Source: a virus
Lineage: Duplodnaviria > Caudoviricetes
IMG/VR virus record: IMGVR_UViG_3300017963_000059
Coordinates: 1 to 56,328 of that record
Strand: one strand, 5' to 3'
DNA: 56,328 bases
Below the pieces are notes generated by a model, which was not told the DNA's origin, ran no database searches, and saw only the letters and a program-made list of their open reading frames with translations. Position numbers and translations under genes: made by a program. Each line of letters begins with the position of its first letter. Position 1 is the first letter of the stretch. Positions 19,549 to 27,600 of the stretch are shown piece by piece.

Positions 19549-20107
19549 AGACGGACTTACAAAAGCCCTGATTGCTCTTGTAATTATCTTAGGGATAATT
19601 GCGTTCTATAAAAACGCCCAGCTCGAGAAGCGAGATATTAAAATTGCTGAATTAGAAAATGTAGCAACTGAGCTGAAGGGGAAAGCTGAAGCTCTTCCGG
19701 ATACGATTTATGGGGATACTATATATGTTACCCTGGAAGGGAAGCCAGTGCCGGTTAACAGTATCCCCGATTTTACATTTGAAATCAGGTCTCCGAAGGA
19801 TACGGTCAGTAGTTATGTTTCTTTCCGGGAGATCATTCTCAGGCCAATATTAAGTATCACCATCGATGAGGTCCTCGCCGGTAATTATAGAGTTCAGGGA
19901 GATCTGTTTGTCAATCGGTTTTCCGGAGACTATTCCGGAAAACTGAAGGGGATACCTCCTAAGTCTTCTCATAAACTCGAGTGGGGGGCTTTCGTAGGAT
20001 TAGCTTCAAAGCCGTTCGTTGGATTATATGGTCAATACAGGGGGCTTCTCATTGGTCCGACCTTCAGCGAGAAGAGAGTGGGGTTTCTCGTGGGATTTCG
20101 TCTATAG
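19535..20107 (+). CDS. Spanin-like lysis protein
   Basis: N-terminal TM helix, coiled coil, amphipathic C-terminal beta strands; last gene of the lysis cassette. Confidence 0.5.
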   Translation: MVSIKDGLTKALIALVIILGIIAFYKNAQLEKRDIKIAELENVATELKGKAEALPDTIYGDTIYVTLEGKPVPVNSIPDFTFEIRSPKDTVSSYVSFREIILRPILSITIDEVLAGNYRVQGDLFVNRFSGDYSGKLKGIPPKSSHKLEWGAFVGLASKPFVGLYGQYRGLLIGPTFSEKRVGFLVGFRL

Positions 20108-20239
20108 GTCAAAGTACACTTCGGGTACTCCTTTTCGCTTGACTTTGATATGCCAATGATATCATATATTCAGATAATTATCTAAGTTGGATGATAAGTT
20201 CATATTTATTGTAATTATCAATTCGGAGGAGGAGAAAAA

Positions 20240-20893
20240 ATGTCAATTTTATGGGCATTTATTGGAATAGTATTATTCGCTTTCGGGGGATTTATATCAA
20301 CAGATAATTGGAAAAATTTATCTAAAGAAAAATTTAAAATTCATAGCCGGTATTCTTTTTTCCTATTTATAGGTCTTATATTCTTGGTGGCTGGCGGCTT
20401 TTTATCTACGTTTTATTGGAATAAATACTTTCATCAACAAGAGTTTGAATCCCGTCGAGAGACAATGATAAAGGTATTGGCTGCAGAATTCTTGATTAAT
20501 AAGAGTACTTACGAAGATAGTACATATAGAGAACCTAATGATGAGAAATTGAAGAAATTTGTAGTTTTCCCGAAATTCAGGACTAATGTTCTACAGGAAG
20601 CTATTAGTAGCGGGCTTTTTATTTTAGAAAATGATAAGGTACTATTTACCGAAATAACGCATATCCATTCTATGCTCCTTACTCTTAATGATATGATTAA
20701 TTTGACTCAATTTCAAATTATGTACAATTCATCGCCTGATAGCATCAAATCGGTGCGAATGCGAATAAGAGATGGAGCTACTATGTCGTCAGTTAAGTTG
20801 AACTTAGAAATATATAGAAAATTATTATTATCAACAGGTGTCGTTAACGATTCCACATCATTTTATCTCGAAAATCAAAAAGATATCCATTAA
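20240..20893 (+). CDS. AT-rich membrane moron protein
   Basis: Strong GGAGGAGG RBS, two N-terminal TM helices, visibly lower GC. Confidence 0.7.
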   Translation: MSILWAFIGIVLFAFGGFISTDNWKNLSKEKFKIHSRYSFFLFIGLIFLVAGGFLSTFYWNKYFHQQEFESRRETMIKVLAAEFLINKSTYEDSTYREPNDEKLKKFVVFPKFRTNVLQEAISSGLFILENDKVLFTEITHIHSMLLTLNDMINLTQFQIMYNSSPDSIKSVRMRIRDGATMSSVKLNLEIYRKLLLSTGVVNDSTSFYLENQKDIH

Positions 20894-21025
20894 GAGGTCT
20901 ATGAGAGCATTATGGGCATACATTGAGATTGATGAAATTCGATATTCAGGTGTGTAGTAATTGGGCAGAAATACAAAGTTGAAATGTTAAGTTATGATAG
21001 GGTGTGCGAGGTTTGGCTGTTGTTA

Positions 21026-21038
21026 TAACCTACTGATA
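21026..21038 (-). promoter_or_regulatory. IHF-like binding site near attP
   Basis: Minus strand TATCAGTAGGTTA matches WATCARNNNNTTR. Confidence 0.45.
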
Positions 21039-21087
21039 TTGTGGTATTTAAACGTTAAATGATTGAAATATAAGGAGTAATAAATCC

Positions 21088-21110
21088 TACCCCCGGCAGG
21101 GATTGAACCT
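21088..21110 (-). other. attP core: 3' end of a tRNA gene (T-loop plus acceptor strand)
   Basis: Minus strand AGG-TTCAATC-CCTGC-CGGGGGT-A; AT-rich non-coding context about 300 bp downstream of the integrase; the 5' half of the tRNA is absent. Confidence 0.8.
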
Positions 21111-21411
21111 TACCGAGAGATTGTGAAACAATAACTTACAAATTCTGTGTGAATATTGGGTAGAAAATCATATTAGTTTGACATTAAATTTATTAGAATT
21201 TATCGTAAAAGTCTCACTGGGGGATGTTGAGTTGGTGACCATAGTTTCTGCATGAATTGGAGGAGGGATGAAAGCTTCCTGATGAGTATGATATTCTCGG
21301 ATCTCCGCAGGCCCATGTTTTGAATTAATTGTGATCACTATCACTATTATAATGTTTAGATAGATACTGTACTTCATAAAGTACTCCATGAATAGTATTT
21401 AAAATTTAGTC

Positions 21412-22512
21412 TTATTTTTTAGAGATGTCAATCTCTTTTGGTAAAAGGTTAAGATTCTCCATCACTGATCGCCGATGCCCAGGAGTCAGGTGAATGTATT
21501 TCATAGTTGTCTGAATGTCCGCATGACCAGCCAATTCTTTCACAGTAGTTATAGGTACTCCGGCCTGACAGAGCATACTTATATATGTATGGCGGAGCGT
21601 ATGAGCTCCAAATCCTTTTTTATATAATCCCGCTTTTTTTAAGACTTCATTTATTCTCTTGGTGTAATCACCGGGATCCTTATAGCGTTTACTTCCGCCG
21701 CCGTTGCAGAATATATATTTTCCATCCCGAGAGAGGTTATTAAAGAAATTCATACCTTCTTTACTTAAATCAATATAACGAACCTTGCGGGATTTAGGTG
21801 CGAAACCGTCTTTCGATTGTACGATAAGATGCCGGTTTTCCAGGTCAATATCGTCCCATTTCAGATTTGCCAGCTCCGATAGCCTGACGCCGGTTAATAA
21901 TATTAGTCTGATGTATTGTCCCGTATCATCATCAGCGGTCTCGAGGATTGTCTTAATCTCTTTTTTTGTAAAAGCTTTGCGGGAACGGACATTGGTTGTC
22001 TTTAGCATTTTAACCGCTTTAGCAGGATTCTTATTAATATAATCATAGTTGAAAGCTATATTCAATACCGTCTTCAATTGGATGATATAATCATTGGTGG
22101 TTTTAGGCGCCAATGATTGTCCAATTAGCCATGACTTCAGATCTTCTACTATTCTTAGAGTAATGTGCTGTAACTCTATACAGCCCTTCGATTCGAGATA
22201 ATCCTGAATCCTCTTGAGTCTAAAACGTTCCAGGCGACAATATTTCTCGGTCTTGCGCGGAGGTTTGCTGTGAGTATTAAGATATTCATTGAAAAACTCA
22301 TGGATGCGTATTGGCGTTTCTGGCGGTCCTTCGGCTTCGGTAGCCAATAAATGTTCGTAGCGGCGCTTGGCTTTGGCCAGATCGCGTGTCTTAAGCGATA
22401 CCCGGGCCGGTAATCCTTTTTTATATCTGGAGGGCAGCCAACCATAATATATGCCATTCTCGGAGCGCTTGAAAATGCCGTCGCGTTGGGAGTTGGGTTT
22501 GGGGGGGGACAT
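21412..22512 (-). CDS. int: Tyrosine integrase
   Basis: TGVRLSEL, K (PKSRK), HTLRH, LAGH and TTMKY catalytic motifs. Confidence 0.95.
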   Translation of the reverse strand: MSPPKPNSQRDGIFKRSENGIYYGWLPSRYKKGLPARVSLKTRDLAKAKRRYEHLLATEAEGPPETPIRIHEFFNEYLNTHSKPPRKTEKYCRLERFRLKRIQDYLESKGCIELQHITLRIVEDLKSWLIGQSLAPKTTNDYIIQLKTVLNIAFNYDYINKNPAKAVKMLKTTNVRSRKAFTKKEIKTILETADDDTGQYIRLILLTGVRLSELANLKWDDIDLENRHLIVQSKDGFAPKSRKVRYIDLSKEGMNFFNNLSRDGKYIFCNGGGSKRYKDPGDYTKRINEVLKKAGLYKKGFGAHTLRHTYISMLCQAGVPITTVKELAGHADIQTTMKYIHLTPGHRRSVMENLNLLPKEIDISKK

Positions 22513-23330
22513 TAATTATCTTCGTTCTTAATGATGTTAGTTGGGATTGAAGTATCCTTTTCATCAATTGATGAAATTGGGCTGGAGGATTCCTTCTTGG
22601 CTTGTAATTTTCTTTTAGATACCTTTTTGGCTGAAATTTTTATATTTAGAGAATCATCGAAAAGATCTCGGATTGTATGTCCTATTTTCATCAAATCAAT
22701 ATTATATCCTGTATTCTTCTTAATAACACGACGAACAGTTTTTAGAACATCTTCAGATAATAATGCTTTGGCGAGATTCGTATCCGAAAGCGAACTTATT
22801 TGATTCCAATAGGTTATAATTTCCTTTTTCTTAAAGCTTGTCTTTGTTAGATAATGGAGGTTTTTAGCGGCCCTTTTAATATCATCGGTCAGTATATTGA
22901 TAATGAAAACAAGATTTGTATCAATGGGTTTGGTAAATTCAATATGATACAATTGGAATTCAATACCATTGGTTAATAGACACCATTCTATGCCAGAATT
23001 CATAGCATAGGAGGCAGCTTGTCTCAAATGAGATTCTTTAAGGCTGACAGGCATGGCTTTTACTTCTATTAGGAATTGAAGCTTATTATTTATTCTAACA
23101 GCGTAATCGCAGTATGTAGAGCGGATAGCGAATTCCCTGGTGATATCGGTCATACGATCATATCCTAATACATTTGAAAGGAAATGACCGAAATGGAATA
23201 CCGTATCGGCTTCATTTAAGTCATTAGAATTTAGGGCTTCCACTCGTTTACGGTATATACGTATCTTTTTGGTAAATTCGGAATTACTCATTATATCTCC
23301 GACTTTAAAGTTTGGTTCGGGGGATTTCAA
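22512..23330 (-). CDS. Stand-alone HsdR N-terminal (PD-(D/E)xK) domain protein
   Basis: NEADT, LGYD, CDYAV, LIEVK, QAASYA and LTNG motifs; no helicase domain; start may be ATG at 23291. Confidence 0.8.
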   Translation of the reverse strand: MKSPEPNFKVGDIMSNSEFTKKIRIYRKRVEALNSNDLNEADTVFHFGHFLSNVLGYDRMTDITREFAIRSTYCDYAVRINNKLQFLIEVKAMPVSLKESHLRQAASYAMNSGIEWCLLTNGIEFQLYHIEFTKPIDTNLVFIINILTDDIKRAAKNLHYLTKTSFKKKEIITYWNQISSLSDTNLAKALLSEDVLKTVRRVIKKNTGYNIDLMKIGHTIRDLFDDSLNIKISAKKVSKRKLQAKKESSSPISSIDEKDTSIPTNIIKNEDN

Positions 23331-23340
23331 TATTTTTAAT

Positions 23341-24006
23341 TTAATGATTCTTTAATCGTTCAATATTAGCTTCTATTTCCGAAATTTCTTTTTGTTGCTG
23401 GATATCATCTATATTGTCAGTTTTTAGGAAATATAAAGCTTCTTGGTATTGATCAACTGCCTTCTTAATATTGCCTTTGAATTCAGCTTTCTTCGCTTCA
23501 TTAATAAATGAATTTATTTGGGTCTCATGAATAAAGGTGTTTAACTTTTTTTCAAGGTCATTGAGGGATGATGTTTTCTCGAGTTGCTTTTCCATTTCAC
23601 GAATTTTCAAGAGTGCCTTATTTATGGCATTAACCTTAGTATTCGTAGTGGTGGCGACTTCCGCTTTTGTAAGGGCGCTTTCAGCCATTTCGGTCATATG
23701 TTCCAAGATGATTTTGTCATGATAACCTTCGAGCTTTTTCAGTACTTCTTTGGCGGTTGGATTCATGACTTCTATTTGCTTATCTTCATATTGGACAATT
23801 ACTAATAGATGTTCTTTTACTAATTCGAGACGGGATAACCGGGTTTCCATTTTTTTTGAATTGTCAACAAGTTCAATAGATTCGTCGACGATTCTCATTC
23901 TTTGCTGAAAATCAAATATTATGATTTGTTGGCAACTATTACATAGTCCTTCATTGCTAACTTTTAGAAAAAATCCCTTCTTTTCACACCACTTACATTG
24001 AGCCAT
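23341..24006 (-). CDS. Zn-finger plus helical/TPR-like protein
   Basis: CKWC...CNSC N-terminus; AKKAEFKGNIKKAVDQYQEAL TPR-like helix pair. Confidence 0.65.
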   Translation of the reverse strand: MAQCKWCEKKGFFLKVSNEGLCNSCQQIIIFDFQQRMRIVDESIELVDNSKKMETRLSRLELVKEHLLVIVQYEDKQIEVMNPTAKEVLKKLEGYHDKIILEHMTEMAESALTKAEVATTTNTKVNAINKALLKIREMEKQLEKTSSLNDLEKKLNTFIHETQINSFINEAKKAEFKGNIKKAVDQYQEALYFLKTDNIDDIQQQKEISEIEANIERLKNH

Positions 24007-24020
24007 TTCACGATCCTTTG

Positions 24021-24389
24021 TTAATCATCATAAAATTTTATATCCAGAAGAGACCAGTTATCATTGCCGTTATATTTCACTTTGCAGTAATAATCAGTCC
24101 TGATCAAGGCTCCGAATGAGTTTTGGGAATCGACATAACCACTAACAGAATAAGTATTATCGCCCAGAAATTTGATCGATATGCCTCTCTCATGGTAATA
24201 AGGAAAATCTGCTGAAGCCGGAGACTTGAGACGTTCTTTTACAAAAGCATTTGCCATTACATAGGCATCAATATCGCCCTTACCGGCTTTAATCTGATTG
24301 TCTGTATAATTGGGATCTGTGTTACACTGGAGAAATAAAATAAGTGATACTAATATTAGCATTAATAATGGAATCTTTTTGCGTATCAT
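24021..24389 (-). CDS. Exported or lipoprotein, lysogeny module
   Basis: Signal peptide ending LFLQC; LKSPASADFP and VDSQNSFGA motifs often seen in prophage immunity-region proteins. Confidence 0.7.
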   Translation of the reverse strand: MIRKKIPLLMLILVSLILFLQCNTDPNYTDNQIKAGKGDIDAYVMANAFVKERLKSPASADFPYYHERGISIKFLGDNTYSVSGYVDSQNSFGALIRTDYYCKVKYNGNDNWSLLDIKFYDD

Positions 24390-24508
24390 GCTACCCTCCT
24401 TTTGATTAAGGTTTTGTCGATGGTTTGTTTGACGGTTTCGATTTGATTGGCATTTAAAGCCCCTAAGAGTTTGAGGATTAGCGTAAGTCTCTCCGTTTTG
24501 ACAGCCAT
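24386..24508 (-). CDS. 40-aa ORF (MAVKTERLTLILKLL...), not in the ORF track
   Basis: GGGAGGG RBS; stop overlaps the next ATG (ATGA). Confidence 0.5.
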   Translation of the reverse strand: MAVKTERLTLILKLLGALNANQIETVKQTIDKTLIKRRVA

Positions 24509-24562
24509 GGAAGCCCTCCCGTTGTCATTATTATTGTCCGTGTCCCCCTTACAATACCACGG

Positions 24563-24964
24563 TCACTTTTTGGCTGTTTTGATCAACTCCTCAATTAAGC
24601 TTTTATCTATAAACTTCAGTTCTTCGGCTATATTATTCATGATTTCGATAAACTCTTCGTCGGTACAGGTCATGAGGTCTTCCACTATTCCTCTAATACT
24701 GGGGTCGAGTTGGTCAAGATTAAGTTCGCTCTTTTTTTTTGTTTTCTTGCCGAGGAGTTCGTCGATAGTGATGCTAAATGCGGTGGCAAGTTTACTGGCG
24801 TTTTTGGTGGTTAAATTATCGCCGTCAATTTTTCCGGATAAAATTGCACTAATTGTACTCTGGGTTATTTTTGATTTTCGGGAAAGGTCAACCTGATTCC
24901 AACCCTCTGTATCCATTAATTCCTTTATCTTCCTTGACAGCATAATTTCAATTATAGTAAACAC
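24563..24964 (-). CDS. CI-like XRE-family HTH repressor
   Basis: WNQVDLSRKSKITQSTISAILSG helix-turn-helix; divergent from the Cro-like gene; true start probably ATG at 24943. Confidence 0.85.
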   Translation of the reverse strand: MFTIIEIMLSRKIKELMDTEGWNQVDLSRKSKITQSTISAILSGKIDGDNLTTKNASKLATAFSITIDELLGKKTKKKSELNLDQLDPSIRGIVEDLMTCTDEEFIEIMNNIAEELKFIDKSLIEELIKTAKK

Positions 24965-25011
24965 TTATATTAACGCACAATAAAAAAGTTGCAAAAAGTA
25001 AAAAAAAGTGC

Positions 25012-25040
25012 TTGACAAAATATCGAATATTCGATATACT
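25012..25040 (+). promoter_or_regulatory. Early lytic sigma70 promoter
   Basis: TTGACA (25012-17), 17 bp spacer, TATACT (25035-40). Confidence 0.85.
25020..25037. promoter_or_regulatory. Operator 1, perfect 18-bp palindrome ATATCGAATATTCGATAT
   Basis: Lies in the promoter spacer and overlaps the -10 element. Confidence 0.85.
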
Positions 25041-25102
25041 GAGTCCCGAAACAAGATTTACCCCCTGAATAACAGGAGGACAAGGATTTTTTTTGAAAAC
25101 AA

Positions 25103-25120
25103 ATATCGAATTTTCGATAT
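25103..25120. promoter_or_regulatory. Operator 2, ATATCGAATTTTCGATAT
   Basis: One mismatch to operator 1; just upstream of the Cro-like gene's RBS. Confidence 0.8.
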
Positions 25121-25138
25121 TCTAAAAGGAGACCAGTA

Positions 25139-25345
25139 ATGCAAAATAAGAAAAAGCGGAAGGATGTAGCGGATCCCGTTAAGGTTTCCAACATTCCGCT
25201 GGATGTCTACAAAGAGTTGGAGAAGGATGCCAGGGCGGATGCTATCGGGATCAGCACGCAAATCAGGATGCTTTTGATTAAGCATTATCGAAATGAATCT
25301 TCTGCTGGGAGTAATCCTTCGGCAATACCGATGGGGGCGAATTAG
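25139..25345 (+). CDS. Cro-equivalent, Arc/ribbon-helix-helix-like regulator
   Basis: VKVSNIPLDVYKELEKDARADAIGISTQIRMLL is an RHH pattern; first gene after the early promoter. Confidence 0.7.
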   Translation: MQNKKKRKDVADPVKVSNIPLDVYKELEKDARADAIGISTQIRMLLIKHYRNESSAGSNPSAIPMGAN

Positions 25346-25382
25346 AATGGTATCATTATATAGAAATTCACTAATGCACTCA

Positions 25383-25480
25383 CCGGAGGACCCGGGGAAT
25401 ACAGGGAGTTTTTTTAGGCGTGACAGCGGCCGCACGTCTTGCTTTCCCGTCGGGAGGGAGCCTGGTTTCCGGTCCTCCGG
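25383..25480 (+). ncRNA. Putative multibranch structured RNA
   Basis: CCGGAGGACC / GGTCCTCCGG closing stem extended by GGGAAT/GTTTCC and CAGG/CCTG, enclosing two hairpins. Confidence 0.5.
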
Positions 25481-25560
25481 GATTTTAAAAAGTATGGTCA
25501 TGATAATATGGTAAAGATGAACAAAGCAGTTGGCAATCCAATAATCGGGAGAGATTTGGA

Positions 25561-26031
25561 ATGAGGAACCAGGTCATACTTGCAAGAAAGGTCAGTGAGC
25601 TTGTCACGGCGTATTGTGTCGCGGAGAATTTATCTCGGGAAGCGATAGCGGAGAAGCTCGACTATACCAGGCATCAATTCAATGAGCAGATGTCAGGCAG
25701 GACGCGGTTCTGGACGGTAACCTTTGAACAATTATACTCCCTTTTCTATAAGACTCAACCGCAACTCGCTGAAAAGCTACTGGTGGAGGTTTTTGACGGA
25801 GAGATTCTGGTAATAGCCAGACCCAAATATTATAAGGACGGGAAACCGGAATCATTTAGAAGCGATGGCTTAAACATGGCTCATAGGATAGGTACTTTAT
25901 GTGGAGACCTCCAATCGGCTTTACAGGACAACAAGCTGGATCGGGGTGAGCTAAAGCTTCTTATAAAAGATGCTAAGGGGGCAATTATGTATTTGGAAGG
26001 TTTTCGGGCGAAATTAGAGGGAGCCTTATAA
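25561..26031 (+). CDS. CII-like HTH regulator
   Basis: LSREAIAEKLDYTRHQF HTH; ALQDNKLDRGE C-terminal motif typical of CII/YmfL-like proteins. Confidence 0.6.
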   Translation: MRNQVILARKVSELVTAYCVAENLSREAIAEKLDYTRHQFNEQMSGRTRFWTVTFEQLYSLFYKTQPQLAEKLLVEVFDGEILVIARPKYYKDGKPESFRSDGLNMAHRIGTLCGDLQSALQDNKLDRGELKLLIKDAKGAIMYLEGFRAKLEGAL

Positions 26032-26237
26032 TGGCGGCGGAATACATAAGTCTAAAAAGAGCACAGGATGATTTCGGGATATCGCCCTCGAAGCTGAGGG
26101 AGTGGATTAAGATAGGGGAGATATCGGCTTATCAGCCAACAAATAAATTGTTGATCAGTACTAAGGAATTAAGGCGGAAAATAAAAGAAAGCCAAATTAA
26201 TCAATCAGAAGGGAGATATAAATGCGGCAAAGGATAA
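26031..26237 (+). CDS. Excisionase-like HTH protein
   Basis: YISLKRA..FGISPSKLREWIKIGEI MerR/Xis-type winged helix. Confidence 0.75.
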   Translation: MAAEYISLKRAQDDFGISPSKLREWIKIGEISAYQPTNKLLISTKELRRKIKESQINQSEGRYKCGKG

Positions 26238-26356
26238 TTCTCAAATTAACAGACTTTGATAATCCGCGGTTGACGCTGGAGGAATCGGGAGAAAATAAAA
26301 ATGCCCCGCGGGCAGGCGAGGCAACAACAGAAAGCGTTGCATTAAGCAACAACTAA
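26222..26356 (+). CDS. 44-aa hypothetical protein
   Basis: GGGAG RBS and ATG at 26222; KNAPRAGEA motif. Confidence 0.4.
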   Translation: MRQRIILKLTDFDNPRLTLEESGENKNAPRAGEATTESVALSNN

Positions 26357-26400
26357 GCTAACTAAGTATAGCCCACCAGGGCGTGGAGGTCAAGTAAAAA

Positions 26401-26802
26401 ATGAAGATACATTATTTCACCGGTAGAAGGTTGGGAATGCAACCGGTTGTCTCAGAGATTCAATGCGATTCTACTGATGATATTCCGGATGTTATCCCGG
26501 CACTCAAACATATCGAATATCATTCATTAGATGGTTTCGAGTGGGGATATGGAGGTTCGGGACCTGCGGATCTCGCTTTGTCATTGTTGGTAGCGGTATT
26601 TATAGCTGATGCATATAAGGAAAAAGAAGCCTTCGAAAAGTCCTGGCTATATCATCATGCGTTTAAATTCGAAGTTATCGCCGGACTTGATGATAAGGAA
26701 TGGATGATCACCGCCAATCAGATTCGGGCATGGGTCCAGAAAAACGATACTCAATCTGAAATCGGTTTAGCAAAGAAGGGGGTAGCTCATGGTAGAAGTT
26801 AA
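26401..26802 (+). CDS. DUF6166-like protein
   Basis: HSLDGFEWGYGGSGPADLALSLL motif. Confidence 0.75.
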   Translation: MKIHYFTGRRLGMQPVVSEIQCDSTDDIPDVIPALKHIEYHSLDGFEWGYGGSGPADLALSLLVAVFIADAYKEKEAFEKSWLYHHAFKFEVIAGLDDKEWMITANQIRAWVQKNDTQSEIGLAKKGVAHGRS

Positions 26803-27574
26803 TAGAAACTGTTGGATCTTCGATCCGGAAATCCCAATGGAATACACTAAGAAAGTAGATTATGGTAAGAGGAAATATACGTCAATAAATCCTCATTACC
26901 AGATCATGCAGGCTACTGAGAAGTGGGGATCATATGGCGGTAAATGGGGGGTCAGGGACTGCAAACATTCCTATCGGGATGTCGTAATCGAAAAGACCGA
27001 CAGGAAAACCGGAGAGGTAACCGAAGAGACCAAGGCTCAGGAAATATGTCTTGATGCTGTTTTCTTCTATCCGGGAGATGATGGTCAGGAGATCAGTTTC
27101 GAGATCTCCGTGGATGCTATCTGGGTACCTCATGGTGATAACCGCAAGAAGCTCCTTACAGATTTAACAACGAAGGCTCTGAGTAAATTGGGTAGTGGTG
27201 CTTCAATATTCCTGGGTGAATTAAGCAATCCGGAAAACAGAAGGAAGCCATCTCCTGCAGGGCAGCAGGGCGGTAATGGAAAACTGGACCCTCAAAGTAA
27301 ATTCAAACAAATAGAAAGCTGCTTGACTGAAAAACAATTTAGCATGCTTATGGCTATCGTAAAAAAATCACCGCTGGTGCAGAGTGGAAAGCTTAAGGCC
27401 TATACTGCTTTATGCAATATATACCAAAACAAGTTTCCGGACGTCAAATTACCGGATAAGGATGGAGTTCTCTTGCTGAATCACATCACCAAAAACCAGG
27501 TAGATGCGATGAAAGCGGCGACGGAGTCATTTATAGAACAGGAGTTTGAAACTTGTGATGATTTACCATTTTAA
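26789..27574 (+). CDS. Putative Sak/Rad52-like single-strand annealing protein
   Basis: YTSINPHYQIMQATEKWG..GGKWG and KKLLTDLTTKALSKLG motifs; SSB-like DDLPF tail; adjacent to SbcCD. Confidence 0.65.
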   Translation: MVEVNRNCWIFDPEIPMEYTKKVDYGKRKYTSINPHYQIMQATEKWGSYGGKWGVRDCKHSYRDVVIEKTDRKTGEVTEETKAQEICLDAVFFYPGDDGQEISFEISVDAIWVPHGDNRKKLLTDLTTKALSKLGSGASIFLGELSNPENRRKPSPAGQQGGNGKLDPQSKFKQIESCLTEKQFSMLMAIVKKSPLVQSGKLKAYTALCNIYQNKFPDVKLPDKDGVLLLNHITKNQVDAMKAATESFIEQEFETCDDLPF

Positions 27575-27600
27575 ATCATCATTTTAAGATAGGAATAATT

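Noticed and set aside
20113-20135. Late-operon terminator (AGTAC-A-C-TTCG-G-GTACT)
   Set aside because: The position is plausible, but the stem is short and bulged and the U-tract is offset; too weak to call.
21088-21110. A functional tRNA gene
   Set aside because: Only the T-loop and 3' acceptor strand are present; it is treated as the attP core.
21168-21389. 73-aa minus-strand ORF after the integrase
   Set aside because: AT-rich attP arm region, no clear RBS or motif; not supportable as a gene.
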